A stretch of 64,000 nucleotides of DNA from Haliotis rubra (Eukaryota), in assembly GCF_003918875.1 (NCBI RefSeq), contig NW_025767105.1, positions 620,001 through 684,000 on the forward strand, in the 5' to 3' direction. Every line of letters begins with the position of its first letter. The stretch's first letter is position 1. The notes below the pieces were generated by a model. The model was not told the origin of the DNA. It searched no databases and saw only the letters and a list, made by a program, of their open reading frames with translations. A program made the translations under genes and the position numbers. Below are positions 12,041 to 24,747 of the stretch, one piece after another.

Positions 12041-13333
12041 GAACATATTTTTCACCCATGTCAAATGAAACCAAGTTGACACAATTCCTAATTCGCGAGC
12101 GACCCTTCCAAGAGCGTACTGCAATGATCACCTAGAGAGTGACGATGGCGCTGACAGCTGTCAACAAAGAATGACTGCAGGGCAGAAACTGACCCGGTTC
12201 AGGCTATCGATGTCTGAGTATTGACACAAGGTAACCGACATGTCGACAAATAGTTCTACATGCCTAGCTGATCAAGACTCGGGTCTTTTGATCAGACAGA
12301 ATCAATGCAGGACCTGATCGAGTCGCGTTCATGTTGTGGGGACCCCGGGTCAGGTCCCCAGGGACTCTTATTACGGTTCTTGTGATTTAGTTCGGGTTTA
12401 CTGTTTCATATCGTACTCCGAAGGAATCAACAATTCGACATGTCACTTATCTTAACGTCACATTATGTTTTATATGTCTAAAAAAACACAAAAAAATAGT
12501 TTAATCCTAGAATTTATGATACTGTTGTATTTACGCATCATGTGTTACGCCATATTAACACTATATCGAGAACAACGTAAGGACCCTGAGCTGCATTGGT
12601 CCTCCAGCGCCTGTCAAGCAGCGGATCCGGCCACCCATGAAAACAGGTGATATTTAGGGGCCGACGCACTGAGTGGGCTGGTAATAGACATTTATATACG
12701 GGGTGGGTTTGGCTGTGCGAGTTGGAGGGAGCTGGACGTTTACACGCACCCAGTTTAATCACACAACCAGTGTTTGCCCGGGTGCTCCAAGGACTATCCA
12801 AACTCAGCAGCCATTGTATCCATGCAATCCGCAAACTGACCTTTCACGAATATGTTTCATACTTGTGGTATACCTCCTCGTCCCCGCTCTTCTATGCTTG
12901 GTTAGAAGAGAGATACGTGAAAATTGCAGATTGATATGGCACGCTGATATAAAACACATGCCAGATTAACCCCACAATATCTGACATAGGTGATCAGTAA
13001 GTGCTGTATCTGTCGAGTGACACGGGTATGATAATCCGATAATCTGTGTGAAAACTGCGGCAACATCGCACATAAGCCGTTGTGGATCACGTACTCAAAT
13101 CAAATTTCAGAAGTGTTTTATCGATTTGTATGTCCTTGCGACGGGTTGTATGTATTTATGGACCAACCGGTCCTTTGATAATCCGGACGCTGACAAGTCG
13201 GACCCTTGACAATCTCAGTAATCATAGCACCGAGCTCAGGCACGTCAACAGGGGCAGCTGGTGCTCCGAGACGTGTCATGGACGTCTCAACAAAGTTTCT
13301 CCTTTTCAGGTTGGGCCAGCTTTAACCACAATA

Positions 13334-13489
13334 NNNNNNNNNNNNNNNNNNNNNNNNNNNNNNNNNNNNNNNNNNNNNNNNNNNNNNNNNNNNNNNNNNN
13401 NNNNNNNNNNNNNNNNNNNNNNNNNNNNNNNNNNNNNNNNNNNNNNNNNNNNNNNNNNNNNNNNNNNNNNNNNNNNNNNNNNNNNNNNN
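13334..13489. other. Assembly gap
   Basis: Run of N. Confidence 1.
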
Positions 13490-13692
13490 CCAGCTATTTG
13501 GCGGCGGTCTGTAAATAATCGAATCTGGAAGAGACAATCCAGTGATCAACAGCATGAGCATCGATCTACACAATTGGGATACGACGACATATGTCAACTA
13601 AATCAGCAAGCCTGACCACCCGATCCCGTTAGTCGCCTCTTACGACCAGCAGTGGTTACTGGAGATCAATTCTAACCCGGATCTTCACGGGT
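13490..13692 (-). mobile_element. SINE family B, partial
   Basis: Reverse complement of the gacccgtgaagatcc...gtcgtaagaggcgactaacgggatcggg...ccgcc consensus. Confidence 0.8.
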
Positions 13693-14439
13693 ATGATGAG
13701 GGTTTTATGGACGGGTGCTGGGATCAGCTAGCAATTCTACCAAAACAAAATAACAGTGATATGTACTTTAAATACAAATAACGGAACCTATTTTACTGTT
13801 GAGCAGGTGTAGGTGGAGTGTGAAATCTATCACTACGTTGTCCATCTAACCGTGAAACCAACATATCTTGAGGTCGACTCATTGTTACAGTATTTGTATA
13901 AAAGATTGTTATCAATCACGGCTTCATACCGGTACACAATAGCAATACAGGACAGGGCAACTCTGTTTTCATGAATCGGTCAAAACGCTGGATTAAACAG
14001 CGACTGGTGTCTTCATGGAAATATACACGTTTATGATGAAATTGATCACTGTGATCCGTGTATGTCTGCCACCAGGGCCTCTTTGTTGACAGTGGGTGGA
14101 ATGCTATTGACAACATAATGTACAGTTAAATAGACCACTTTGGAATTCTTACACCGTAAAATACGATTTGATGTGATATTAAGTGACCGGATGATATATT
14201 TACGGGGTACGGGACAACTAAACAACCAATCTTCACACTACATTAATAGGAATAACTGCCAGCCAGAACAGGCGTATGTTGCTCTGAGTGTGGATTTCCT
14301 AGCTGAACTGGTGTAATTACAGCATGGAATGGGATTTGTATGACAACACCGTATCTACACAAACTATAGATGTTTTGGTGAAGTCTTTATAAAACATGCG
14401 TGTTTGATTTGATACAGCGCGTATGTCGTCCAAAGAGTC

Positions 14440-14675
14440 GACCCGTGAAGATCCTGGTTAGAATTGGTCTTCAGTAACCCATGCTTGTCGTAAGACTAAC
14501 GGGATCGGGTGGTCAGACTTGCTGACTTGGTTGACATATGTCGTCGTATCCCAATTGTGTAGACCGTGGCTCGTGCTGTTGATCACTGGATTGTCTGGTC
14601 CAGACTCAATTATTTACAGACCGCCGCCATATAGCTGGAATATTTCTGAGTGCGGCGTTAAACAAACCAACCAAA
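14440..14675 (+). mobile_element. SINE family B
   Basis: gacccgtgaagatcc...ttgtctggtccagactc...gctggaatatt..gagtgcggcgttaaac plus (aacc)n tail; about ten related copies in the window. Confidence 0.85.
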
Positions 14676-15499
14676 CAAAAAGTCACGGAATATTTAAGTC
14701 TAGAAATGCCTGCAGTGACTCGTTTGTAGCATGATAGGAATCTTTAGCCTTTGATCACGACACCCCTTCTTTTTTTGTTTGGTTTTGCAATTGCAAACAC
14801 AACATGACACGTTTTTTTCACAGGAAAAGCATCAAAACACGCAAAATAATATGACATAAAGTCACATGTATTGACTAAATGTCACGAAAGATTGTAATAA
14901 AATATTAAAATTAGTGGGAAAGTAATTGAAGGTTTGGCGGTGGAATGTAATAAAGTTTTCTGTTTATTTGTATTTATCCTAAGGAAACTAGACGCTAGCA
15001 ACACTCATGTATAGCTGCTCAAGATAACAGTGTACTCGTTCATGCATACAAAAACTCAATGCATTATTTCTGTGCTTATAGCGAATCCAGCAAGCGGCTA
15101 TAGTTGTCCCCTATAAATGTCCCCTCCTGCATGTTTCTGCGGAGGGCGATGTCAAACAACTAAACAAGACAATAAGTCTCAAAGATGCACTAAGTTTTAC
15201 ATTATTAAAGGAGGGCTACGCTCGTGAATTTGGCAGTCCCAGCCAACTCTATTCAAGTTATTCAGAAACCAATTACTACTCTAATCCAAGTCTTACTATG
15301 TTATCAACCTAGTAGCTAAGGACAACATTGATAACATATCTAAACTGTTTTAGTTTCACTTCACATTCAGTTTACAACTTTACAACGTCCAGTGTGCCGT
15401 CGTACAATGCGATCTTAGCGCTAAGGTGACCGTAATTCCCTTACCTTAACATAGACTAAGGTAGTTTTCTACAACAGCGCCCAATCTGCACACCAGGCT

Positions 15500-15618
15500 A
15501 GCTATTCTCGAAACATTCGTAGCCCTACGTAAACTTCTTACGCCCATTCTTAACACAATGGCTACGATCAAAGTTAAGAATTCTTAGGGCTACGAACGTT
15601 TCGAGAATAAGGGCCCAG
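15500..15618. mobile_element. Palindromic MITE
   Basis: tattctcgaaacattcgtagcccta ... tagggctacgaacgtttcgagaata inverted termini; related short MITEs at 15394-15485, 20432-20535 and 20538-20648. Confidence 0.6.
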
Positions 15619-15663
15619 GCCCGAGAGCATTAACCTCAGAATATATCGTCGTGATTGCTTTAA

Positions 15664-16105
15664 TGTTATAATATGATCATATCGACAAGTTTCTTTCTGT
15701 CGCTGTTTTAATTAAAGAATACGAGGTCGTCGTTTTGGCTAAACTTGTCAAAGATCGTAAAGGGCTACATGGGAGTTGCTGTTCCTGATACAGGAACCGT
15801 GCTGGTGCTAGATATCCCCTGTCCTCGACGAGTGCCAGGTTGCTGTTCCTCATACAGGAACCGTGCTGGTGCAAGATATCTCCTGTCCCTCTACGAGTCG
15901 TACGGAGGCGTGGGTTGGACGCTGTTGACTGACAGAGACTGTTTTCCAGAATGTATCGTTATGTGGAGTCATATAATATTTCTGGTCTCATACTAGAGTA
16001 AAATATAGATATGTTATAGTCTCCTTCATTCTCTGTTCATTGTCAACGGGTTTTCTATATTTACACCAATGTATAACTTGTTCTTGTCACGGTTAAGATG
16101 GTAAA
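15664..16105 (+). mobile_element. Probable degenerate solo LTR
   Basis: Starts TGTTA, has an internal ~55-bp direct repeat (gttgctgttcct.atacaggaaccgtgctggtgc), and shares the subterminal ttgtcacgg with the LTR at 46361. No clean CA end or TSD. Confidence 0.4.
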
Positions 16106-17721
16106 CTTCCTGTTTGATTTTAAACTTCAGCTCTTTACTATGGTACTTGGTACTTCTGCTTCAGTAGAATGAAATGCCACCTGCATTCATATCCCCGGCA
16201 GATCTGTGTATGATCATGTTATTAATAGCTTCAGAATGCTGTCCAGGAATAACACTTTAGATGGCAATGAACCGCTAATCTCCCCCACTGTCCGCCTCAA
16301 GTGATTTGATTTGGCTAATATTGACTCTCACTCGTGCACTTCTGTATTTCGGCAGCAATGAGACGTCGTTCAAATATCTGTAGACGCTGTCTGAGACGTC
16401 TAGATCAACACATTGACATGTATGGCAGTTGTCAGGGTCAACAAGTGAGATACAACATAAGGACATATATCGTCATGGACTGGGTCTGGTGTCACAACTG
16501 GTGGTTGGTTGAACAAAGTACTGGAACTCACGACGTTTATTCAAGATGACCCGCTTTGTTTTGTATTGGAATATATAACCACCAAGTTAGCTTTTAATAT
16601 AGTGTGATCGCTTTGATGTGAGGGAGCACAATGCGCTCAACGTGATATACTTAAACTTTAATGGACACAGTTGTCTCCAGACACTGCCATGTACAGTGTA
16701 ATAGCATTCGGGATGAGTGTAGTATGTATAACCGTCACAAAAACAGAAATAAATGCTTTCGACATGACTGCTTAAGGAGCGTTCAGCTTACTGGACCATG
16801 AATCTGAAACTTGAATTACATTGCTGTGTCTGTGATCAATTTTCCTTTCACACGTAAGAACATTCTATTTCACCATTGCAGCCAATGTCAAACATTTTGA
16901 AAATAATTCAATGTCGTGAATCGAGTAAAACAACGTCAGTCTTTAGTAGATAAGTAGTCATGACGTCAGATTTACATTCAGCTCATTACATTCAGATCAG
17001 CACCATATTGATTCGTGCATATTACAACAAGGAAAAATATTTGCGCTATCTTTCGGTCATATTTTGTATGGTGAAATGTCCTTCCCAATCATTTCCTAGC
17101 AAGCAATAATGGATCGCTTTATATGACATCCAGAAGTCCTAACTTATCTAACGCAAGAAAGCCTATAGTTACACCGCCCATAATTCATGTTTAGCCCAGG
17201 AATACATATATCAACACCGTTACGGCTATTAACATGACATGACAAGTATAGGGCACTTATGGCATGTATCGGATAGATAAGGTCGGTGGATACCCGTAAC
17301 AGAAACAATACAACATGCTATGTCCACATCGGCTATCGGTTGTCCAGGCGGGTGTGTTAGGTGGGGCAGAAGTGGGTCGCTGGGTCACTGATACACGACA
17401 GCCTATGATTAGCCATGAAGAACCCTATTCCATGCAATACACCCCATAAACCGTCACATCGAGTGCTCAAACCGTTCAAACTTATGAACCTGCATATATT
17501 CAGAAGAACATGATATACAATATATTTTATTTTTCAAAACGTCATTCTATCATTCTATAGTCCCGATGCTAGACAAAGGTGGTTTATGTTATAACAATAT
17601 ATTTGTCTCAGTTCAATCAATACAAATAGCGATATAGATAAACATACAATAAATATTATTGAGCTACGGTTGTCTGTTGATTGGGTGTAAGTAGTTGAAC
17701 CTGGATCAGGCAAACGAGTGA

Positions 17722-17885
17722 GTGAGTGAGTTTGGTTTACGCCGCTTTAGCAATATTCCAACAAGATCACGGCGGGGGACACCAGAAATGGGCTTCACAC
17801 ATTGTACCCATGTGGAGAATCGAACCCGGGTCTTCGGCCTGACGAGCGAACGCCTTAACCACTAGGCTACCCCACTGCTCCCTGA
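17722..17885 (-). mobile_element. tRNA-derived SINE, family A
   Basis: Reverse-complement match to family A; caaacgagtgagtgag repeated on both flanks. Confidence 0.88.
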
Positions 17886-20800
17886 CAAACGAGTGAGTGA
17901 GGACATGAAGTATGTTCCACTAATCAGGGATCAATGGAAGATCGAAACCTCATTCATCCGGTACCGAATCCTGGTGGTTACAGAGACCTGGGTTCGATTC
18001 CCCATTGTTTAAGTTTATTATCTTTTCCCTGTCGTGATATGGCTTGATGTTTACAAACAGCGGCGTAAAAGCATACTCACTCACTCACAAAATCAATGAG
18101 AATGTGTTGGTGTGGTGCTTGACGCCACAGTAAGCAATATTCAAGTGATGTGAGATGACCTATAGATAAATGTGGATCACGCAAACCAGTGACTGATACA
18201 ATGAACAACGATCCAAGTTGTCGTGGCACGTTGATATGATGTCAACCAAATCACCGAGCCTGACCGAACTTTTGTCGTCACTTATGATACAGATGGGAAA
18301 GAATGTTGCGCCATGAACATACAGTGGATAGAAGTGTATGGATGGGTCCTGTAGACGTATTTCAATCCAGAATACAAGTGAGGGGTGGGGGGACAGGTAT
18401 GAAGTATGGATCAAGACAAGGATCCTTACGATAGTTGTAACTAATGGTGTTTCCTAGTCACACCTGTTTCTAACTGTCTAAACGCACAATATTTCAGATA
18501 ACAACAATTTATTGTTTTTTTCCCTTAACACAGAAGTGGGAAATTGCCTGACTGGGTCATTTGAGGTCATTATCCCGTCTGATGTAAACAATTTATCTTG
18601 AAGATCTTAGTAACCCGATGCGTACAAGCAAACACACCGGAACTGGCTCTAGAGCTTGACGCGAAGTCGACATACCTGATTGCATCGACGTATACAAATA
18701 CATTGCGTGTCGGCATGGCAGTAATCTGTGCATCTATACAAAATACACGATAAAGATCGACTCAGTCGGCAAAAAGTAGTTACAATGGGGAAACAGCGAT
18801 AACGAGGGGCAAGACTTTACAGTGATGAATAACGCCGACATAGGAGAACTGCCTATGTGAGGTTGTAATGCCTTTACACATATAATTCCGCTGGGATAAT
18901 TATACCACTTAATTAACAATACAATTCAAAAGATTTTGTGTACTTAATAATAATACTAAACACATTGGAATTCATTTCACTTGGCGCAGAACTGAAGCGA
19001 TTATGTTCATAGTTACTGATTTGTCAACCCAAGTGAGTGAGTGAGCGCGCGAGTGAGTGAGTAAGTGGAAATTATAAAACATATATATTTCAGATACTAG
19101 TATATCCCGATGTGTCAGCTGAATTTCTGAAGAAGTCATGCAAATCCTAGAATATATATTGATATCGGTAAGGCAACTGAATGAAAGTAGAAATATACAT
19201 GTTAATAGCATTGAGACTGGAAAACAACCCTATTATTGAACTGTAAAATATCACCGCATACGAATAAAACTACAACATTCAAACATGGTATGTGATATTT
19301 GACTAATGACAAATATATAAGCATGTCGCATCATGATTAACCGCCAATATTCGAATTTTCATTCACAGTGTTATTGATAACTAAAAACAGCTTTATCTGA
19401 AAATGAATGATATAATTAATAAATATATGAAACAAAATAACACAGAACATTATAAAGAATAATTATTGTAAGCATCACATTATTAATGGAGAGGAAAATG
19501 TCTTTGTTATAAGGAACAGTTGAACAGTTTGAACTCACCTCTCCAAGCGAGCCTATATCTACCAGCTCTTAACACGGCAGTAAACAGCGGCTGTGTTGGA
19601 TTTCACCAGTTTGTTTTTTGATTGTTTTGAGAAGTAAAGCCTCCCTGGTAACACAATCTCAGGTGGAACTCGACTGAGGGGTGGCTGCTCGGCGCTTGTG
19701 AAGACATTTATAATATTTCTCGACTGTTGGGCTGCGACAAGGCGCTGTGATAGGCCGCTCACTGTTATCAGCACTCGCTCAAAGCGCTATTGTACCTGTT
19801 CGATAATTAAAGGCGTACTCCCTCTGGTATATTTGCAGGACTTGGTGGCTGCTTAGAAGTCTTTGTGGAATCCATAAAGGCCTTATTAGCTCATGATTTT
19901 TATTTTATCGCATTCTAAGCGTTATTTATTAGCAGTTAAACCACGACAGCAACTATATGTTTACTCGTGTTTATATGCACTTCTTGTATTTTGTTATAGG
20001 TGTGGTAATGTTGTTGTTCCAACATGGAGCTGGAATGTTGATGTTACAGATGACAACGCTACAGCTGTGGATCCGTGACCTGTAGCGGGACCAGACCAAC
20101 CAATGATTGATAGCAAGACCAACAACCACGTCAACGGACTATACTGAAATATAAGAAGCCAGGTCCTTCATTGTTTCCCTATTTCAATCAGCTGAAGTAC
20201 ACAGGGTACTTGTGACCTTATCAACACAACAATTGCCTGGAAATCATAACAAACATACTTTTTTCACTTCTGTAACACAATTTATGTCCTCGTGTGGACT
20301 CCAAGCCAGAGTAAACCCCCGTGTACCATACTTGTCATGAGAGTCGACTTGGAATCGGGTGGCCAGTGGGAGTGTTCTGACTGATCGTGCCATCGCCCCC
20401 ACGGAAAGTCTCGTCAGTTGCTCATGTTATCAGCCCGTTCAAAGCGACCTTAGTGATAAGATTATCGTAACTCGTAATACTTAACAAGGGCTTACGGCAA
20501 TCGTAGCGCTAAGATCGCTCTGTGGAACGGGCACACGGCCTAGATTTTCGAAACAATCTTAAAGCTAAGATCGGAAAGTTTCCATATTGTATCTTTGGGC
20601 GTAAGTGGTAAAGATTAATCTTGAAATCACATCGAAAATCTATGCCTGGTAATCTGTTGGCCCAGGCTCAATATAGAACTTGCAGAAAATCATGAGTTGA
20701 CACATTGCTCACTGCAACATAAAACAACATTCACTCGTTCCATGTGCTTCATACTGTGTATCTTGGCAACTAATCTGCTGATTTATTACTAGCAGCGACG

Positions 20801-22745
20801 CAATAAAATAGATCAGTGAATGAAGTATACTTGCCCACAGCGCCAGTGGACAGTAGGGAGGGCCTGTAGCGCGGGGGTGGGAACTGGGGTGGTGACGTCG
20901 GGGCCACCAATGGATTCCTTTCTGATCTCCTGAATATGTGATGCATCGATTTTACGCTATATAACTCTAGATCGCGCTCAGTAAGAGATACGCAGGTGTT
21001 CGGGGTGTTAGCTAACGGCTGTAGCCAGTACTCGGTCACCCCGATAAGACGAACAGTTCTCCGCTGTGTTTGTTTAGGAATTGTTTATAATTACTGCCAA
21101 AGACGCTGACACCTCAGATAAAAATGATGAATGTGAAGTCATTTAGTCATGCTGGCTGGGATAAAGCTTAACTTCACCTTTACGCCTGTAGCTTATGTCC
21201 GACGTGTATTTCGATACTATTTACCTGGATACGAGTGTGTATAGTTGGGATTAGTGTGAAAGGAGGGGCAGCTCCACATAGGGAGTTTAATTATAACCCT
21301 TCTCTATCGGAATATGAAAGAATATCCTGCATGTGGCGGTGGGGAACTACCCGGGTTGGAGCCTGACACAGACAAACCATAGTTAGAAACAGTACAAGAT
21401 GAACGGCTTAACTGTGGATTCGAACTGACAACTGACTCCACATTTGAGATTGGTAACTCTTCTAAACATGCAGTAAAGTGCATGCATACGTGTTTGGTTT
21501 GTTGAACTACATCGGAATGAGACTGCAGATTATTTGGCCAAAGACAATGTATTACATTTTGCATATTGAATAAACAGATTCTTGAAGATTTTGAAACCGT
21601 TTTATCGAAGACAATTTTATAAATTAGCAAGCATTGTTGAATGGTTTTATTTCCGGTCGACATATGTACAAATCTTTGTTAAACAAAACAGAGTATCAGT
21701 AATCAGTAACAGTAATACTAGTAAGGCAAAATATGGATGTCAACTTCTTCTTTACTGTATACACAACGTTTCTGGGCTATTCCTTGCCTTAAGTTGTGTA
21801 TACAATAAAGAAGAAGTTGACATCCATAATATTCTGTCTTATACTAAATACCAACTTCTATATGTCTCTCAAGAACCTCAACGGTAATACTTGTTAATAA
21901 CATTTATCGTTGTCAAAGGCGTGATGAGGTCATTCTTATACTACTCCAACTTGGACACTGTGGGCTATATGCCTACAGGAGTGTCATGGTTGTTAAGACG
22001 TACTTTTCTGAACGTGGCCTTTGTATTTTGGAGACGACTGAATGTGTAGAACACTACCCAAATCAGATGATCTGGGCAGTAATAGACTGTGTCTCTTTAT
22101 CTGTAGAATAGGACATAATTTAGGTACCCTCTCAAATGGCAAAACAGGTTTTGTACTGTCATTTTAAATGATTTTTACATTCTCTCATGGTCTGTTTTGT
22201 TATTGAACGAGTATTTCATGTCTCAGAAATGAAAGTGACTGCTTAAGATTATAATTCATGCTATGAGGCAGAGATTTTGTCTCTAATTTATTTTCGTTAT
22301 TCCATCATTATTATTTATGCACAATGTACACATGTGTCCAAATTACTGTTACGTATGATGTTAGAGTATGGTTATGTAATCTAAACTATTTCGTGTCGAT
22401 GTTTTTGGATATGAAATACGTTCTGATTTTTTATTAAGCTAAGTCAATGTGTTGGGCGCAAATAGGTCTTCTGTTAGCCGACGTCGCCTACCACCACGAC
22501 AACGTATCCATGATCCATGATTTAATCGTGGCAACTAGTTAAAGAAAACATTTTATACTGATCAAATGCTTAGTTTGTCATGCGCACGTTCTGTATGTTT
22601 TGGATGTACGTCATTTACTAACATATACATATATGTATATAGATATTTTAATGAGCAATAATGTTTTATTAGGGGCATAAAAATGGTTAGGATAATAATG
22701 ATACGAAAACGTTTAATGATAACAACAATGACAATTGTGAAATTG

Positions 22746-22923
22746 NNNNNNNNNNNNNNNNNNNNNNNNNNNNNNNNNNNNNNNNNNNNNNNNNNNNNNN
22801 NNNNNNNNNNNNNNNNNNNNNNNNNNNNNNNNNNNNNNNNNNNNNNNNNNNNNNNNNNNNNNNNNNNNNNNNNNNNNNNNNNNNNNNNNNNNNNNNNNNN
22901 NNNNNNNNNNNNNNNNNNNNNNN
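22746..22923. other. Assembly gap
   Basis: Run of N. Confidence 1.
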
Positions 22924-23907
22924 TGCTGGATGTATAACTTCTTTGCATTTGTCCACGACTGTGTAGCTGGTATCAGTGCCGATGGGGTGGAATGCCGTTT
23001 GGTACAACACACACGGGGGTAAGTAGGTGACTGAATGGAGGGTCAGAAATATCTACACAAATACTTACCGTGGAAGCTACATGTCACTTGATAACATCAG
23101 TATCGGGGCTAATTAGACCCTCCAGCGGTGACGGGTGCAAACAAGCCCCTGACATCGACACACTACCTACTTGGCTCAAGTGTTTATCTGGAACAGATTA
23201 GTCTCCGGCAGACCAGGGGTGGAATACGTACAGGAAAGTACATTTAACTTCATTACTACACGTGATGTACTCTAACCAATGTGTGATCAATGTATGTGTT
23301 GTGTCTGTCAACTCTGTTACATAGCAATGTACACCGCCTGGCGAAAGATGTATATGTCCTATCATGTTTCATGGAAAATAAAACGAACATAAAATGGTTA
23401 CTGTATATTAACTCCATCATATCAGTAACTCACAAAAGGTAGCGTGTAGGTATGACGTCTCAAGAGACGTCATATCTCAAAGTACGCCGTATTGAGTGAG
23501 AGTCGTGATCAGTTGGCGTTGGATCACAGACACGGGACATTCTTAGTAACGATTATGATTACCACGAGGACCAATGCACGCTCAGATTGGCGGTCATCAA
23601 AGACGGTCGTCCAAATGACCCTACATGGGTTCAGTGTTGTTGATGTTACGTTGAGCGAACTGGACATGGATGAACGGCGACTTTGTCTGGAGTCATGACA
23701 TAATATCCCTTGTTGCTGTTCGTGAAGGAGCGAGTGAGTTGGGTTTAGCAATATTTCAGCAATATCAGGGCGGGGGACACCAGAAATGTGCTTAACATGT
23801 TGTACCCATTTGGGGAATCGAACCCGGGCCTTCGGACGATTTTGTACTGCCCTTGCCCAGTGCAGTGTTCGAACGATGATGTTCATGACGCAGGGCCATA
23901 CCACGGG

Positions 23908-24083
23908 AGTGAGTGAGTGAGTGAATGAGTATGGTTTTACGCCGCTTATAGCATCATTCCAGCAATATCACGGCCGGGGACAACAAAAATGGGCTTCACA
24001 CATTGTACCCATAAAGGGAATCGAAGCCCGGTCTTCGGCGTGACGAGCGAACGCTTTAACCACGAGGCTACCCCACCGCCCCA
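23908..24083 (-). mobile_element. tRNA-derived SINE, family A (a second partial copy lies at 23730-23835)
   Basis: Reverse-complement match to the consensus, with (gagt)n tail. Confidence 0.85.
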
Positions 24084-24644
24084 AGGCTCTGATACCGGTC
24101 ATACTCAGAGAAGTCGAAGCACAGTGTGTGGTCAACTGATGCGGCGTCCTAACGCTGTTGCTGTCGTTTCCGTTGTGTCGTTCCTGATCTTGCCCTGGCC
24201 TGTGTACTGCCATTTTGTATGCAACGTTCAAACCAACGATGGCTGTACTATACAGATGAAGGTCCCTCCAATCTGACTTTGGTTGGCACCTATGTACATA
24301 ATTATTCCTCTCCTCTCTCTTTTATGCATTCAGCTGGTAGATCTTTACTGCATTTTCAGTGATGTCTGGACAACGATCGATTGTATTTTAAACGTTAGTT
24401 GTTTATTTGAACCCTGACTTTAGTATGTTCTGTGTTTATGGAGGGTTTTACGTTAAAGAAACGATGCCCACTCAGAAACCAGTCAGAAGACAGTCGTCTG
24501 CTAGCGAACGTGGCCTATTTTCCTAGATTCATAGAAAGGTAAACACAAAACATTAATAAAAAGGTCATAAAATGCCATTGTATCACACTTGCAATTTCTC
24601 TACTTGTCCACCTACCTTCCTTAGCAGATGCGTTTAATTATCAA

Positions 24645-24688
24645 TGACGTCATACACTTATGACGCGTCTGTTCTCTCTGTGACGTCA
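24645..24688. promoter_or_regulatory. CRE cluster upstream of the candidate micro-gene
   Basis: Perfect TGACGTCA at 24645 and 24681 and a TGACG half-site at 24661. Confidence 0.5.
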
Positions 24689-24747
24689 TGTCATTGTCTC
24701 GCTACTTGCCCGGGAAGGAGGTGTAGGAGTTCCTCCTTCAGCTCAAG

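Noticed and set aside
13082-13615. ORFs spanning N runs (also near 22.7 kb and 36.6 kb)
   Set aside because: Artefacts of assembly gaps.
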